Below, one piece after another: positions 1 through 10,095 of a DNA stretch of 64,000 bases; positions within the stretch are counted from its first letter, which is position 1; each line of letters opens with the position of its first letter. The stretch is from an uncultured delta proteobacterium (GTDB lineage: Bacteria > Desulfobacterota > Zymogenia > Zymogenales > Zymogenaceae): contig CAVTLK010000004.1 in the NCBI GenBank assembly GCA_963735595.1, forward strand, positions 384,001 to 448,000, given 5' to 3'. The notes under the pieces are model-generated. The model worked only from the letters and a program-made list of their open reading frames with translations, searched no databases and had not been told where the DNA came from. A program made the translations under genes and the position numbers.

Positions 1-111
1 ATCGGCGGAGTGTGAAAATCCCGGTCAATGGGAAAAGGAACGGTAGACCGCCCGGGATCGCTATATGGGACCCAACGAGCGGACGTTCAACGGAAGGAAA
101 GGAGGACGAAC

Positions 112-1152
112 ATGAAAAACCTAAAAGAAAATAAAGACGAATTAACCATTATCCGGGTATTCGATGCGCCGCGCGGGCTGGTATGGGAGGCCTGGACGGA
201 GCCCGAGAACGTCAAGCTCTGGTGGGGCCCGAAAGACTTCACGTCACCGGTAAACAAGATCGATCTGCGGGTCGGAGGGAAGTACCTCAACTGCATGCGG
301 TCTCCCGATGGTAAGGACTACTGGAGCACCGGCGTTTACCGGGAGATCCTGGAGCCCGAGCGGCTCGTCTTAACCGATTCGTTTGCCGACCCGGCGGGTA
401 ACGTCGTGCCGGCAACGTACTACGGCATGGGTACCGATCTGCCGACGGAGATGCTGGTAACGGTCACATTCGAAGAGGAAGCGGGTAAAACAAAGATGAT
501 ACTGAGGCATGAAGGCTTCCCGCCGGGAGAGATGGCTGAAATGGCGAAACAGGGATGGAGCGAATCCTTCGACAAACTGGCCAAGAGCCTGAAAAAGCTA
601 CGGCGGGTAGGCGGTACCTCAAAGACCCGGTTTACTGCCGAAGCGGGGAAACCGGAAATAACGGCCACCCGCGTCTTTGACGCACCGCGGGAGCTGGTGT
701 TCGCGGCATCCATCGACCCGGAGCTCATCCCGCGCTGGTGGGGGCCTCGAATCCTTAAGACCACCGTGGAGAAGATGGACGTTCGGCCGGGCGGATTGTG
801 GCGGTTCATCCAGCGCGACCCGGAGGGCAACGAGTACGCGTTTAACGGCGAGTACCACGAGGTAGTACCGCCCGAGAGGCTCGTACAGACGTTTGAATTC
901 GAGGGGATGCAGGGCCATATTTCGGTCGAGACGGCGATGTTTGAGGAGATCGGAGGCAGAACAAGGCTTACGGAAAAAGCGGTTTTCGGGTCGGCCGAGG
1001 AGCGGGACGGGGCACTCAATTCCGGTATGGAATCGGGGTGGGCCGAAAGCTACGACCGTCTCGCAGAGCTGCTAAAGAAAGAGAAAACGTCGATTAAAAA
1101 GGACGTACGGAAGGCCGTCAAACCAAAACAACGTCGCAGCATGGCACGGTGA
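112..1152 (+). CDS. Tandem double SRPBCC/AHSA1 (START-like) domain protein
   Basis: Two repeats of RVFDAPR.LV..A..PE...WWGP...GW.ES.D.LA; start moved to ATG 112 after GGAGG; basic C-terminal tail. Confidence 0.85.
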   Translation: MKNLKENKDELTIIRVFDAPRGLVWEAWTEPENVKLWWGPKDFTSPVNKIDLRVGGKYLNCMRSPDGKDYWSTGVYREILEPERLVLTDSFADPAGNVVPATYYGMGTDLPTEMLVTVTFEEEAGKTKMILRHEGFPPGEMAEMAKQGWSESFDKLAKSLKKLRRVGGTSKTRFTAEAGKPEITATRVFDAPRELVFAASIDPELIPRWWGPRILKTTVEKMDVRPGGLWRFIQRDPEGNEYAFNGEYHEVVPPERLVQTFEFEGMQGHISVETAMFEEIGGRTRLTEKAVFGSAEERDGALNSGMESGWAESYDRLAELLKKEKTSIKKDVRKAVKPKQRRSMAR

Positions 1153-1169
1153 CGAAACGGCGCGTCTAC

Positions 1170-1204
1170 AAGGGCCCGACCCTTCTCAGGCCGGGCCTTT
1201 TTTA
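1170..1204 (+). terminator. Intrinsic terminator
   Basis: AAGGGCCCG...CGGGCCTT hairpin followed by a T run, just after the stop codon. Confidence 0.7.
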
Positions 1205-1416
1205 CGTACCTCGAAGTGGTAAGAAGGTACAATGCCCATCCCGGCCCTCAAATCCGGCACGCACCGCGTTTGTCGACTCGGCGTTGTCGGCCAGGCCGTC
1301 ATCCTTTTGACAAGCGTTGTTCGGGAGGCAATTCCCGTCTTTTATGCTTGCCTATTGCCGATAAAAAACACTATAATTACGAGGTATTTAGAAAAATAAC
1401 GGCGTAAAGGGAGAAT

Positions 1417-2808
1417 ATGAAAAAGGCGATATTCTCGACGGTAAAAAAGGCGCTGACCCGTTTCCTGACGATGACGATCTTCAGGTCCGGCAACAAGGAG
1501 ATCGCGATTGACCGCCTCGTGGAGCGGGAGGTCAAGACCATCAGCCTGATCTACCAGACGCTCAAAGAACGGGGCGTGCTGGTGCGGGTCTCCGCGCTGA
1601 CGTTTACGACCCTCATCTCCCTTATCCCGATGCTGGCCTTCGTCTTTTCGCTCCTTTCGGCCTTCAGGGTGAGCCAGCAGGTCAAGGAATACCTGCTTAT
1701 GAACCTGACGCTGGGCCGCAGCGACCTGGCGCAGGCGATGCTGTCTTCCGTCCAAAACACGAATTTTGCAACCCTCGGATTAATCGGCTTCTTTGTCACC
1801 TTCTGGGCCTTTGTGGTGACGCTGGCCTCGCTCGAGACCACCATCAACGATATCTGGGGCATCAGTGACCGCCGGCCGCTGGTATTCCGCATGTCGTACT
1901 ATACGACGATTACGGTCCTGTTCCCGGTCATGATCCTGGGCTCCATCGGTGTGACCACGGCGCTGGAGAGCGCCGTTATCCTCAAGGAGCTTTCCCGCCT
2001 GGCCTGGTTCACCGAGCTCTTCCGGGGATTCATGCGGTTTCTCCCGTACCTCGTGGTCTGGGCGCTGTTTGCCTTCATGTATAAGGTAATACCCAACACC
2101 AGGGTCCGGCTCTTGTCGGCCGTGTTCGGGGCGCTGGTCGGCGGCACCCTCTGGCAGCTGGCGCTTTATTTCTACGCGAAGTTCCAGGTGGGGCTGGCCA
2201 ACTATAACCTGATCTATTCGAGCTTCGCCTCGCTCCCCTTCTTTATGTTCTGGCTCTTTGTCAGCTGGTTGATGGTGATACTCGGCGCCGTTACGGCGTA
2301 CGTCCATCAGAACTACCGGAGCTTTCGCCTTGATGCGGCGGCTTCACGTGTCAGCTTCTCGTTCTTAGAGCGGCTGGCGCTCAGGGTGTTCATGGCGGTG
2401 AGCTCGAACTTCTTTGAGGGGAGACGCCCTATCTCCGTTGACGAGATCTCGAGGCTACTGAACGCCCCAGTCCATCTGATCAATAACGTGCTCTTCATCC
2501 TCAGAGACGAGGGACTTATCATCGCCGTGGGCGAGGATGAGGGGAGGTACCTTCCGGCCAAAGACCTGGGCAGGATTACGCTGATCGACTTCCTGACGGC
2601 GCTACGCCGGCATGGGGAAAATCCCGACGAGATGATCTCCGAGCAGGAGAGGCCGTTCCTGGATGAGACGATCGATGCGATGCTGCGCGGCAGCGCAGCC
2701 GACTACGGCGCGGTCACCTTTGCGACGCTCTGTAAGCAGCACGCGGCCGAGTTCCTGAAGCGGCGGGGAGACAGGGGGTCGCAGTCAAAGGGAGGAAGGG
2801 GCCGATGA
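1417..2808 (+). CDS. YihY/BrkB family inner-membrane protein with C-terminal winged-helix (Rrf2-like) domain
   Basis: ALTFTTLISLIP, INDIWG, YKVIPNTRV and IYSSFASLP motifs, multiple TM helices, soluble C-terminal HTH-like region. Confidence 0.85.
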   Translation: MKKAIFSTVKKALTRFLTMTIFRSGNKEIAIDRLVEREVKTISLIYQTLKERGVLVRVSALTFTTLISLIPMLAFVFSLLSAFRVSQQVKEYLLMNLTLGRSDLAQAMLSSVQNTNFATLGLIGFFVTFWAFVVTLASLETTINDIWGISDRRPLVFRMSYYTTITVLFPVMILGSIGVTTALESAVILKELSRLAWFTELFRGFMRFLPYLVVWALFAFMYKVIPNTRVRLLSAVFGALVGGTLWQLALYFYAKFQVGLANYNLIYSSFASLPFFMFWLFVSWLMVILGAVTAYVHQNYRSFRLDAAASRVSFSFLERLALRVFMAVSSNFFEGRRPISVDEISRLLNAPVHLINNVLFILRDEGLIIAVGEDEGRYLPAKDLGRITLIDFLTALRRHGENPDEMISEQERPFLDETIDAMLRGSAADYGAVTFATLCKQHAAEFLKRRGDRGSQSKGGRGR

Positions 2809-3011
2809 GGGATCACAAACCCGGCAATCCCGTGAAAGGGGGGGACAGTGTCCGGACCGGCCGGCCGCCCTACGAAAAACCGCTTGTGCCGGGAGACCCT
2901 CCGGTCCCGGTTTGCCTCGGTGAGTTCGGGCTCGACGAGGCCCGGGATTTCCGGCCGCTCTGGGAGACAACCTGGTCACAGGACGCACGCGGGAAGGCCG
3001 TAAGGAAGTGA
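2805..3011 (+). CDS. Possible small hypothetical protein
   Basis: ATGA overlap with the upstream stop and a GGAGG upstream; no recognisable family. Confidence 0.25.
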   Translation: MRDHKPGNPVKGGDSVRTGRPPYEKPLVPGDPPVPVCLGEFGLDEARDFRPLWETTWSQDARGKAVRK

Positions 3012-3160
3012 AATCATCATAGATCGTCCCGTTTATTTCTTACCTAACAGACCAATCGCTGGAACTATATTTTCCTCACGTGGTCAAAAAAGCACTGGAC
3101 ACACGTCCCGTTGTGTGCTATATAAAAAGATGGGGCATATCCTTCTTATAGTGACGGCGC

Positions 3161-3805
3161 ATGCAGAAAGCCAGATACATCGTGCTGGAAGGCCCCATTG
3201 GTGTGGGGAAGACTTCGTTGGCTTCCCGGCTGGCCGAGGAATTCGAGGCCAGGACGCTCTTTGAGAATGTCGAAGAGAACCCGTTCTTACAGGAATTCTA
3301 TCACGATCGAAAAAAGAACGCGTTCAAGACACAGCTCTATTTTCTCCTTTCCCGGTACCAGCAGCAGATCGATCTCGTACAGACCGATCTCTTTCAAAAG
3401 ACGGCCGTCGGCGATTACCTGTTTGCCAAGGACCGCATCTTTGCGCACCTCAACCTCGACCGGGATGAACTCTACCTCTACGATGAGCTGTATCGGATTC
3501 TAAGCCCCCGTATCCCTAAGCCCGATTTGGTTATCTACCTGTCGGCCGATATCGAGATCCTCAAGAAACGGATTCGGGGGAGGGCCAAGCCGTACGAGAG
3601 AAGCCTGGACATGTCCTACCTCTCGCGCGTAATCGCGGCCTATAACGATTTCTTTTTTCAGTACGACGAGACGCCGCTTCTGGTTATCTCCACCACGAAC
3701 ATTGATTTTGTATCCAGAGACAGCGATTTCAGGCAGCTCGTCAAGGAGATCAGGGAATTTAAGACGGGAACCCAATACTTCGTGCCGCTTGGATCCACTC
3801 CGTAA
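3161..3805 (+). CDS. Deoxynucleoside kinase (dAK/dGK family)
   Basis: EGPIGVGKTS P-loop, ENPFL, QLYFLLSR, PDLVIYL; usual neighbour of panB. Confidence 0.9.
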   Translation: MQKARYIVLEGPIGVGKTSLASRLAEEFEARTLFENVEENPFLQEFYHDRKKNAFKTQLYFLLSRYQQQIDLVQTDLFQKTAVGDYLFAKDRIFAHLNLDRDELYLYDELYRILSPRIPKPDLVIYLSADIEILKKRIRGRAKPYERSLDMSYLSRVIAAYNDFFFQYDETPLLVISTTNIDFVSRDSDFRQLVKEIREFKTGTQYFVPLGSTP

Positions 3806-4038
3806 CCCGGAAGGCGAAAGGCAACGGATGAGGCAGATTCGCCTCTTTCGGATGTTTTTTCCCGTTCGGGCGATTGGGGGACTGGGACGGAAGAGAAGGA
3901 TGGGCTACGCTGAGACGAAGAAAACGGCAACTCCGCTCATAGGCACTGACGGGCCGGTGACGACAACCGCCCGCGGGCTTTTGTTTCGTACGCCGGGATT
4001 GCCTTTCGTCGTTCTGCGATAGAACCATAATCAAATCC

Positions 4039-4082
4039 AAACCCCCGTGTCCGGTCCTTTAACGGCACGGGGGTTTTTATTT
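4039..4082 (+). terminator. Intrinsic terminator between the kinase gene and panB (possible attenuator)
   Basis: AAACCCCCGTG...CACGGGGGTTT hairpin followed by TTATTT. Confidence 0.7.
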
Positions 4083-4200
4083 GAGGGCCACCTATTTTCG
4101 CTTTGTACCGGACCCGCCGTGAAAGAGGAACGATGATCCCTTGTTTACCCAGGTGGATTTACAGTATAAATAAACCTATCTTGATATCAGGACGGGGACC

Positions 4201-5013
4201 ATGAGCCAGGAAAAAGTAACTATTCTCGATCTCGGCCGTATGAAGACCGAGGGCAGCAAGATCACGATGATCACGGCCTACGACTATCCTTTTGCGCGGG
4301 TATTCTCGGACGCCGGCATCGACGTGATCCTCGTGGGAGACAGCGTCGGCAACGTCTTTTCCGGGTACGATTCCACCCTCCCGGTCACGATGGACGAGAT
4401 GGTCTATCACACCCGGGCGGTGGCCCGGGCCAATCCCCGGGCGCTCGTCGTCGGCGACATGCCGTTCATGAGCTACCATGCCTCAACCGAGGAGGCGATA
4501 CGAAACGCCGGGCGGTTTCTCAAGGAGGGCGGCGCACAGACGGTTAAGCTGGAGGGCGGCGTCAACATCAGGGAGCGGATCAAGGCAATCACCGATATGG
4601 ATATACCGGTAATGGGCCACATCGGTCTCACCCCGCAGTCGGTTCACCGGATGGGGGGGTTCAAGGTCCAGGGAAAGGATGAGAAAAGCCGCAAAAAGCT
4701 CATAGAAGACGCCCAGGCCGTAGAGGAGGCCGGGGCCTATGCGGTCGTGCTGGAGGCCATGCCCGCGGATCTGGCCAAGGATATCACCGGGATGCTCTCG
4801 ATTCCCACGATCGGTATCGGTGCTGGAGTCAACTGTGACGGGCAGGTGCTGGTCATGCACGATATCCTGGGTCTCGCCTTCGGCAAGAGGCCCAAGTTCG
4901 TCAAGGAATACGGGAACCTCAAAGAAGCGGCCGATAATTACGTAAGGGCGTTCATTGCCGAGGTACGGGAGGGTCGTTTCCCGACCGCGGAATATACGTA
5001 CGAGGTCAAGTAA
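4201..5013 (+). CDS. panB: 3-methyl-2-oxobutanoate hydroxymethyltransferase
   Basis: [44 protein letters not shown]. Confidence 0.97.
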   Translation: MSQEKVTILDLGRMKTEGSKITMITAYDYPFARVFSDAGIDVILVGDSVGNVFSGYDSTLPVTMDEMVYHTRAVARANPRALVVGDMPFMSYHASTEEAIRNAGRFLKEGGAQTVKLEGGVNIRERIKAITDMDIPVMGHIGLTPQSVHRMGGFKVQGKDEKSRKKLIEDAQAVEEAGAYAVVLEAMPADLAKDITGMLSIPTIGIGAGVNCDGQVLVMHDILGLAFGKRPKFVKEYGNLKEAADNYVRAFIAEVREGRFPTAEYTYEVK

Positions 5014-5077
5014 CCGGGAGCCGGCACCGCGGCCGTTTCAGATACGCGGCGGGGGGCGGTTCCTACGGAGAGTGCGC

Positions 5078-5941
5078 ATGGAGATAATCGAGCGGATCAA
5101 GGATATGCAGGCCTACTCCCAGGACCTGCGCGTGGAGGGGAAGGTAATCTCCTTCGTCCCCACGATGGGATATCTCCACGAGGGGCACCTGTCCCTCATG
5201 AAGGAAGGGAGAAAGCGGGCGGACGTGCTGGTGGTATCGGTTTTCGTCAATCCCACCCAATTCGGCCCGAACGAGGACCTGAGTAAATATCCTCGGGACT
5301 TCGAGCGCGACAGGGCGATGATGGAATCCGTCGGGGTGGACGTTGTGTTTGCACCGACGGGGGAGGAAATGTACCCGGACGGCTACCAGACCTACCTGGA
5401 GGTGGAGGAAGTAACAAGGAACCTCTGCGGAATGAGCCGACCCGGGCATTTCAGGGGCGTCGCCACGGTATGCGCGAAGCTATTTCACTGCGTGCTGCCG
5501 CACATCGCCCTCTTCGGCAGAAAGGACTTTCAGCAGCTCAGGGTAATCGAGCGCATGGTCAAGGACATGAACATGGACGTGGGCATCATCGGTATGCCGA
5601 TCGTGCGGGAGCCGGACGGCCTGGCGATGAGCTCCCGGAACAAGTACCTTAATCCCAAGGAGCGTAAAGCGGCCCTTTGCCTGGTCAAGGCGATAACCGC
5701 AAGCCGGGAGCTCTTCGAAAATGGCGAGCGGCGTGTTGGGGCGCTGATGGACCGGGCCGTCGGCGTGGTCATGAACGAGGAGGCGGCCCGCATTGACTAT
5801 ATACGATTGGCTCATACCGAAACGCTCAATGATCTGGTCGGCGTTGTATGGGACAGGGCGCTTCTGGCCCTGGCGGTCCATATTGGTCCGACCCGCCTCA
5901 TTGACAACACCGTTCTGGGGGAGGAATTCGAACAATGTTGA
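5078..5941 (+). CDS. panC: Pantoate-beta-alanine ligase
   Basis: [50 protein letters not shown] 5078 after GGAG. Confidence 0.97.
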   Translation: MEIIERIKDMQAYSQDLRVEGKVISFVPTMGYLHEGHLSLMKEGRKRADVLVVSVFVNPTQFGPNEDLSKYPRDFERDRAMMESVGVDVVFAPTGEEMYPDGYQTYLEVEEVTRNLCGMSRPGHFRGVATVCAKLFHCVLPHIALFGRKDFQQLRVIERMVKDMNMDVGIIGMPIVREPDGLAMSSRNKYLNPKERKAALCLVKAITASRELFENGERRVGALMDRAVGVVMNEEAARIDYIRLAHTETLNDLVGVVWDRALLALAVHIGPTRLIDNTVLGEEFEQC

Positions 5942-6333
5942 GGTCAATTTGCAAATCGAAAATACACCGTGCCACGGTGACGTGCGCGAACATCAACTAT
6001 GAAGGAAGCATTACCATCGATCGCGACCTGATGGACGCCGCCGACCTCATCCCCTACGAGGAGGTCTGGGTCTACGACCTGACCAACGGTAACCGCCTGC
6101 AGACCTATGTCATCGAGGGGGAGGCGGGATCCGGCACCATCGGGATGAACGGCGCCGCCGCGAAGCTGGTGCACCGGGGCGACCTGGTGATCATCGTCGC
6201 CTTTGCGATGATGGAGGACGCCGAGGCCAGGAGTTATATACCCAAACACATCCTCGTTGACAATAAGAACCGGGTGGTCAAAGACCTGCTTCCCCGATAC
6301 GAGGAAATCAAGAGGATGACTGCCGTCATATAG
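5935..6333 (+). CDS. panD: Aspartate 1-decarboxylase
   Basis: [18 protein letters not shown] cleavage site, NGAAA. Confidence 0.97.
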   Translation: MLRSICKSKIHRATVTCANINYEGSITIDRDLMDAADLIPYEEVWVYDLTNGNRLQTYVIEGEAGSGTIGMNGAAAKLVHRGDLVIIVAFAMMEDAEARSYIPKHILVDNKNRVVKDLLPRYEEIKRMTAVI

Positions 6334-6519
6334 TATCTGTCATATCACCCGGGATATACCGCGGTCATTTTAGACCGGCTCATCCGTCGGGAATGGCGCG
6401 GTGCACCTTCTGATCCCAGGGCCGGTCCCATCCTGCATGGCTGTAATCACCGCCGCATGGCACCGGCCGATGGGTACCACAAAATGCACGTTACCTTTCC
6501 TACGCTATGGAGACACACC

Positions 6520-7038
6520 ATGAAACGATCAACGCTTCCGGCCGTCATCGCCGTTATTGTATGTGCTTTCTTCATCACCGTACCGCTCTTTGCCCAGGAA
6601 ATGCACGATACCACTAACTCCAAAGAAGGCACAATCAGGGGAAGCGTCGGGATCGGGATGGGGGCGCCGGGGGGTACCTATCTGATCGTATTGCCGATCA
6701 CTATGCCCTGGATGGATACCGGTATAGACCTGGGAGCGGGCGACATTTTGACGGTCGTTGCCGCCCCGGCGAAAAACCACCCCCCCTGTGATGGGGTTAC
6801 GGACTGCCCCCCCTACTGCCGGCCCGATGCCGTCATCGCCGATGGTGCGCTGGGCAACGGGCTCACCGCACTGGTGGGACGTGTCGGGGATAAAGGCGGG
6901 TCGTTTTCGATAGGCAAGCGGTACGACGGTTCGATATCCGACGCCGGGAGGCTCTATATCGGGTATAACGACTGTTGGACCTGCTGGGGTGATAATACCG
7001 GGGCATTTGAGGTGACTATCGGGGTGACCAGGAAATAG
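6520..7038 (+). CDS. Secreted protein with LecA/PA-IL-like lectin fold
   Basis: Signal peptide MKRSTLPAVIAVIVCAFFITVPLFA; WMDTGIDL, ALVGRVG, GRLYIGYND..WGDNTGAFEVTI pattern. Confidence 0.55.
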   Translation: MKRSTLPAVIAVIVCAFFITVPLFAQEMHDTTNSKEGTIRGSVGIGMGAPGGTYLIVLPITMPWMDTGIDLGAGDILTVVAAPAKNHPPCDGVTDCPPYCRPDAVIADGALGNGLTALVGRVGDKGGSFSIGKRYDGSISDAGRLYIGYNDCWTCWGDNTGAFEVTIGVTRK

Positions 7039-7550
7039 CGCGTCGGCCGATACGACGATATTCGTCCCGCTCCTGCCGATCGGGCATGATACGTAGGTAC
7101 CGTTTGAGGACCCGGTACCGGCGTGCCGTGCCCGTTTCTTTGTTCCTTCTGCGATCGTCCGCGATAAATAATCCCGACGGATTTGATAATGTAATAGCAA
7201 AATTTTTCTTGACTTTTCGTCCACAGTTGGTATTAGATTATTCAGAGCCCTTTTTACTCGGGCAGCTGTGATGAAGGGCGGCCGGTGCGCGTGCCGACGG
7301 CCTATCGAGACGTCTTGAATGCTTCGCGCACACCGCAAAGCGTATGCGAAGAGACCCTTCCCGACCTTCCTGTTTTGCCGGAGGTTTTTCTCACAAGGAA
7401 GCGCACCGTCACGGCCGGGGCGGCCTTTTCCCGTCGCTTACGAATACGGATACACCTTTCTCGCCGGATATCCTGGATAAGGATCAGCAGCCTGGATCGA
7501 TAACGAAACGTCTGACTCATTTAGCAGTACGGTATCTCCGGAGGGTTGAG

Positions 7551-8183
7551 ATGGCGACAGACAGTTCCCTTACCCACGTGTCCTATAGGTCCTGCGTCGA
7601 CGCTATCGAGGACGTGCTCGGCGAAAACGGCAAGAATTCGGTCCTCCGCTTTGCAGGGCTTGAGGAGATCATTACCAATCCCGTCGATTATGATGCCGAA
7701 AAGCGCGTGCCGTACGAGTTCATAACCAAGCTATTCGTCGGCGTCAGGGACCTGCTGGGCAATCGCGGCTATGGTGTCGTTATGTTTCGCGCAGGCGGAT
7801 TTGCCGTCAGGAACATCTTGAAGCATTCGCAACCCCTTCAAAACCTGGTCGCTATGGATTTTGACCCGGTCGAAAAGCTCAAGCTTGGCTACCAGGCTTA
7901 CGTCAGAAACGCCGGATATGAACCGGAGAAGACACTCGAGTACCTTCCGGAAGAACGGCAGATTATTAACCATCGTCCCGACTGTACCGAGTGTAACGAG
8001 ATACTTGTTCATACGGAAATAGTGTCGGATATTACGAAACCCTCCTGCGCCTTTATCCGCGGCGTCCTGAAGGGGATAGGGGATTGCTTCGAGAAAGAAA
8101 TATCGGTGACGATAGACGAAGAAACGTGCCGGCTTGTCGGGGACGCCGAATGCCGGTACCGGATAACCTACCAGCTGAAGTAA
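7551..8183 (+). CDS. Stand-alone V4R (4-vinyl reductase) domain protein, paralog 1
   Basis: AIEDVLGENG N-terminus; CTEC...PSC...EETC.LVGD.EC; ATG 7551 after GGAGGG. Confidence 0.8.
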   Translation: MATDSSLTHVSYRSCVDAIEDVLGENGKNSVLRFAGLEEIITNPVDYDAEKRVPYEFITKLFVGVRDLLGNRGYGVVMFRAGGFAVRNILKHSQPLQNLVAMDFDPVEKLKLGYQAYVRNAGYEPEKTLEYLPEERQIINHRPDCTECNEILVHTEIVSDITKPSCAFIRGVLKGIGDCFEKEISVTIDEETCRLVGDAECRYRITYQLK

Positions 8184-8318
8184 CGATGGGACCGATTCGG
8201 GCGGGAGAGGGAGTCGGCGGCCGTCTCCACTCGATATGGCTGTGGAACGCTGATATAACCGCACCGGCGGCGCTTGTCACGCACCGATGATTGAATAAGA
8301 AAAGGCGGAATTAAAAAT

Positions 8319-8351
8319 AAAGAAAGGGGGGATTATATCCCCCCTTTCTTT
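8319..8351. terminator. Bidirectional terminator between V4R-1 and rpsU
   Basis: Perfect AAAGAAAGGGGGGA-TTATA-TCCCCCCTTTCTTT hairpin between convergent genes. Confidence 0.8.
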
Positions 8352-8394
8352 CGATAGCGTCCTGCTAACGGTCGAAATCCTCGATCCAGCGTAC

Positions 8395-8592
8395 TTATTC
8401 CGATTCACGTCTCCGTCGCATTGACTTGATTGACCGCTTCTTAGCCTCAGCCCTTTTGCGTTTCTTCTTGACGCTCGGTTTCTCGTAGAAACGGCGTTCT
8501 TTCATCTCCTTGAAAAACCCGCTCTTGGCCAGCTTGTTCTTCAGGATCTTAATCGCCTTTTCTATGTCTTTGTCGAGAACCTTTACCTCCAA
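8395..8592 (-). CDS. rpsU: 30S ribosomal protein S21
   Basis: IEKAIKILK...RRFYEKPS.KKKRK; TTG start with GGAGGTG SD. Confidence 0.95.
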   Translation of the reverse strand: MEVKVLDKDIEKAIKILKNKLAKSGFFKEMKERRFYEKPSVKKKRKRAEAKKRSIKSMRRRRESE

Positions 8593-8817
8593 CGACCGTC
8601 ACCTCCCCTCTCGTTTCTATAGGTTTCTATAGGATTATACCCGCAAGAGCGAATAAAAAAACAAACTTCTTTTTATCATATTGTTTTAGATAAATCAAGG
8701 TTTTTTTGCAGCGTACAGGCCCAACGCGAAGGCATAGGGAAATACCAGGAAGACACGTTACGGGATTTACCGAGGTTACCCGGTTACGGTACAGAAAAGC
8801 CCGGTATGCCTGTCCCC

Positions 8818-8846
8818 TTGACAGGGCGGCGTAAGTCTGTTATTTT
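8818..8846 (+). promoter_or_regulatory. Sigma70-type promoter for the queH operon
   Basis: TTGACA-17 nt-TATTTT with an upstream TG. Confidence 0.55.
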
Positions 8847-8993
8847 ATATAAAAATGAGTACCTTAGACCTTTTATGCAACCGGCCGCCGTTCGTAGAAG
8901 ATATGCTCCCACGTGACGGCGCCTGACGATGCCCAAACAAGGGTCTGCCCGTAGCTCGTAGCAGGGCGCCGGCCGTTGACGTCACCGCGCCCG

Positions 8994-9047
8994 ATCGGGA
9001 CGACCGGGATGATCGGGACTATAGGGACGATGGGTACAATGGCGAGA
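8994..9047. repeat. Degenerate 9-nt tandem repeat
   Basis: ATCGGGACG ACCGGGATG ATCGGGACT ATAGGGACG ATGGGTACA ATGGCGAGA. Confidence 0.6.
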
Positions 9048-9087
9048 GCGAACGGATTAGTGCAAAAATATCGGTTACCGGTATACG

Positions 9088-9678
9088 ATGACACCCATCC
9101 CGAAAGACATGAAGCCCCGCATGCTGCTGCACAGTTGCTGTGCGCCGTGCACCCTGTACCCGTTTGACCGTCTGCAGGCCCAGGGGTTTGCCGTAACCGG
9201 GTTCTTTTATAACCCGAATATCCATCCGTTCTCCGAGTTCGAGAAGAGGCTTCAGGCAGTGTGCGATTTCTATCAGACCGCGCAAAAACGGCTCATTGTT
9301 GATGCCGCCTATGATGTTACCGCGTTTATCGGGGCCGTTCTCGGCTCCGGGAAACGGCGGTGCGAGGCATGCTGGCGCATGCGGCTGAAGGGCCTCGCCG
9401 AAAAGGGCAGGGAAATGGGGATAGACGCCGTGACGACGACGCTCCTCTTCTCCATCTACCAGGATCACGATACTGTGGCCGGGATCGGGCGAGAGGAGGC
9501 TGAGGACGCGGGGGTGGAGTTCTACTACGAGGATTTTCGCGTCGGCTGGTATGAGGGGCAGCGGCGCGCCAGGGAATATTCAATCTATCGTCAGAAATAC
9601 TGCGGCTGCATCTTCAGCGAAGAAGAACGATATAAGAAGAAGATCGCGGCCCTCATGGAACAGGAGCGGAGGGCATGA
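9088..9678 (+). CDS. queH: Epoxyqueuosine reductase QueH
   Basis: LLHSCCAPC, FYNPNIHP, RCEAC, YRQKYCGCIFS. Confidence 0.92.
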   Translation: MTPIPKDMKPRMLLHSCCAPCTLYPFDRLQAQGFAVTGFFYNPNIHPFSEFEKRLQAVCDFYQTAQKRLIVDAAYDVTAFIGAVLGSGKRRCEACWRMRLKGLAEKGREMGIDAVTTTLLFSIYQDHDTVAGIGREEAEDAGVEFYYEDFRVGWYEGQRRAREYSIYRQKYCGCIFSEEERYKKKIAALMEQERRA

Positions 9679-10076
9679 TGATGAAAAAGAGCCGATTGGT
9701 AAGAATTGCCGCGGCGGTCCTTATGATGGGCTGCCTGGCGATCCTCCCGTACAGCGGTATGTCCCAAACGGACGAGGGATTTGTCGTCGGAACGGTCTTT
9801 AACGACACCGACGTCGCCCCAACGCTCTACGGTCCGGTGGTGCTGGATGTCGTCGTCGATAGGCATTTCATGGGACGGATCGAGCCGGGCAGTAACCTGG
9901 AAATTGCCCTTGATCCCCGGCCGGATCCTTATGACGTACGGGCATATGCCTTCAATTACGATGGAAGCTCGTTCTTTGCCGCGGTCGACCTCCCTCTTAC
10001 GTACACGGTCGTGGTGCCTATCAGCCATCGGGGCAAGCTCTCTTCGTTCTGGATCGCCTTCGAGGGTATCCGCTAA
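9675..10076 (+). CDS. Exported hypothetical protein
   Basis: Start overlaps the queH stop; signal-peptide-like N-terminus; beta-rich mature part. Confidence 0.6.
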   Translation: MMMKKSRLVRIAAAVLMMGCLAILPYSGMSQTDEGFVVGTVFNDTDVAPTLYGPVVLDVVVDRHFMGRIEPGSNLEIALDPRPDPYDVRAYAFNYDGSSFFAAVDLPLTYTVVVPISHRGKLSSFWIAFEGIR

Positions 10077-10095
10077 ACGGCGCGCAAGGGGCGGG

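Noticed and set aside
8994..9047. CRISPR array or repeat-encoded peptide (ORFs 8976-9167 and 8873-9094)
   Set aside because: Units are 9 nt with no spacers and there are no cas genes; the ORFs lack an SD and overlap queH.
8850..9087. preQ1 riboswitch upstream of queH
   Set aside because: No short stem with the conserved loop and A-rich tail of preQ1-I is recognisable.
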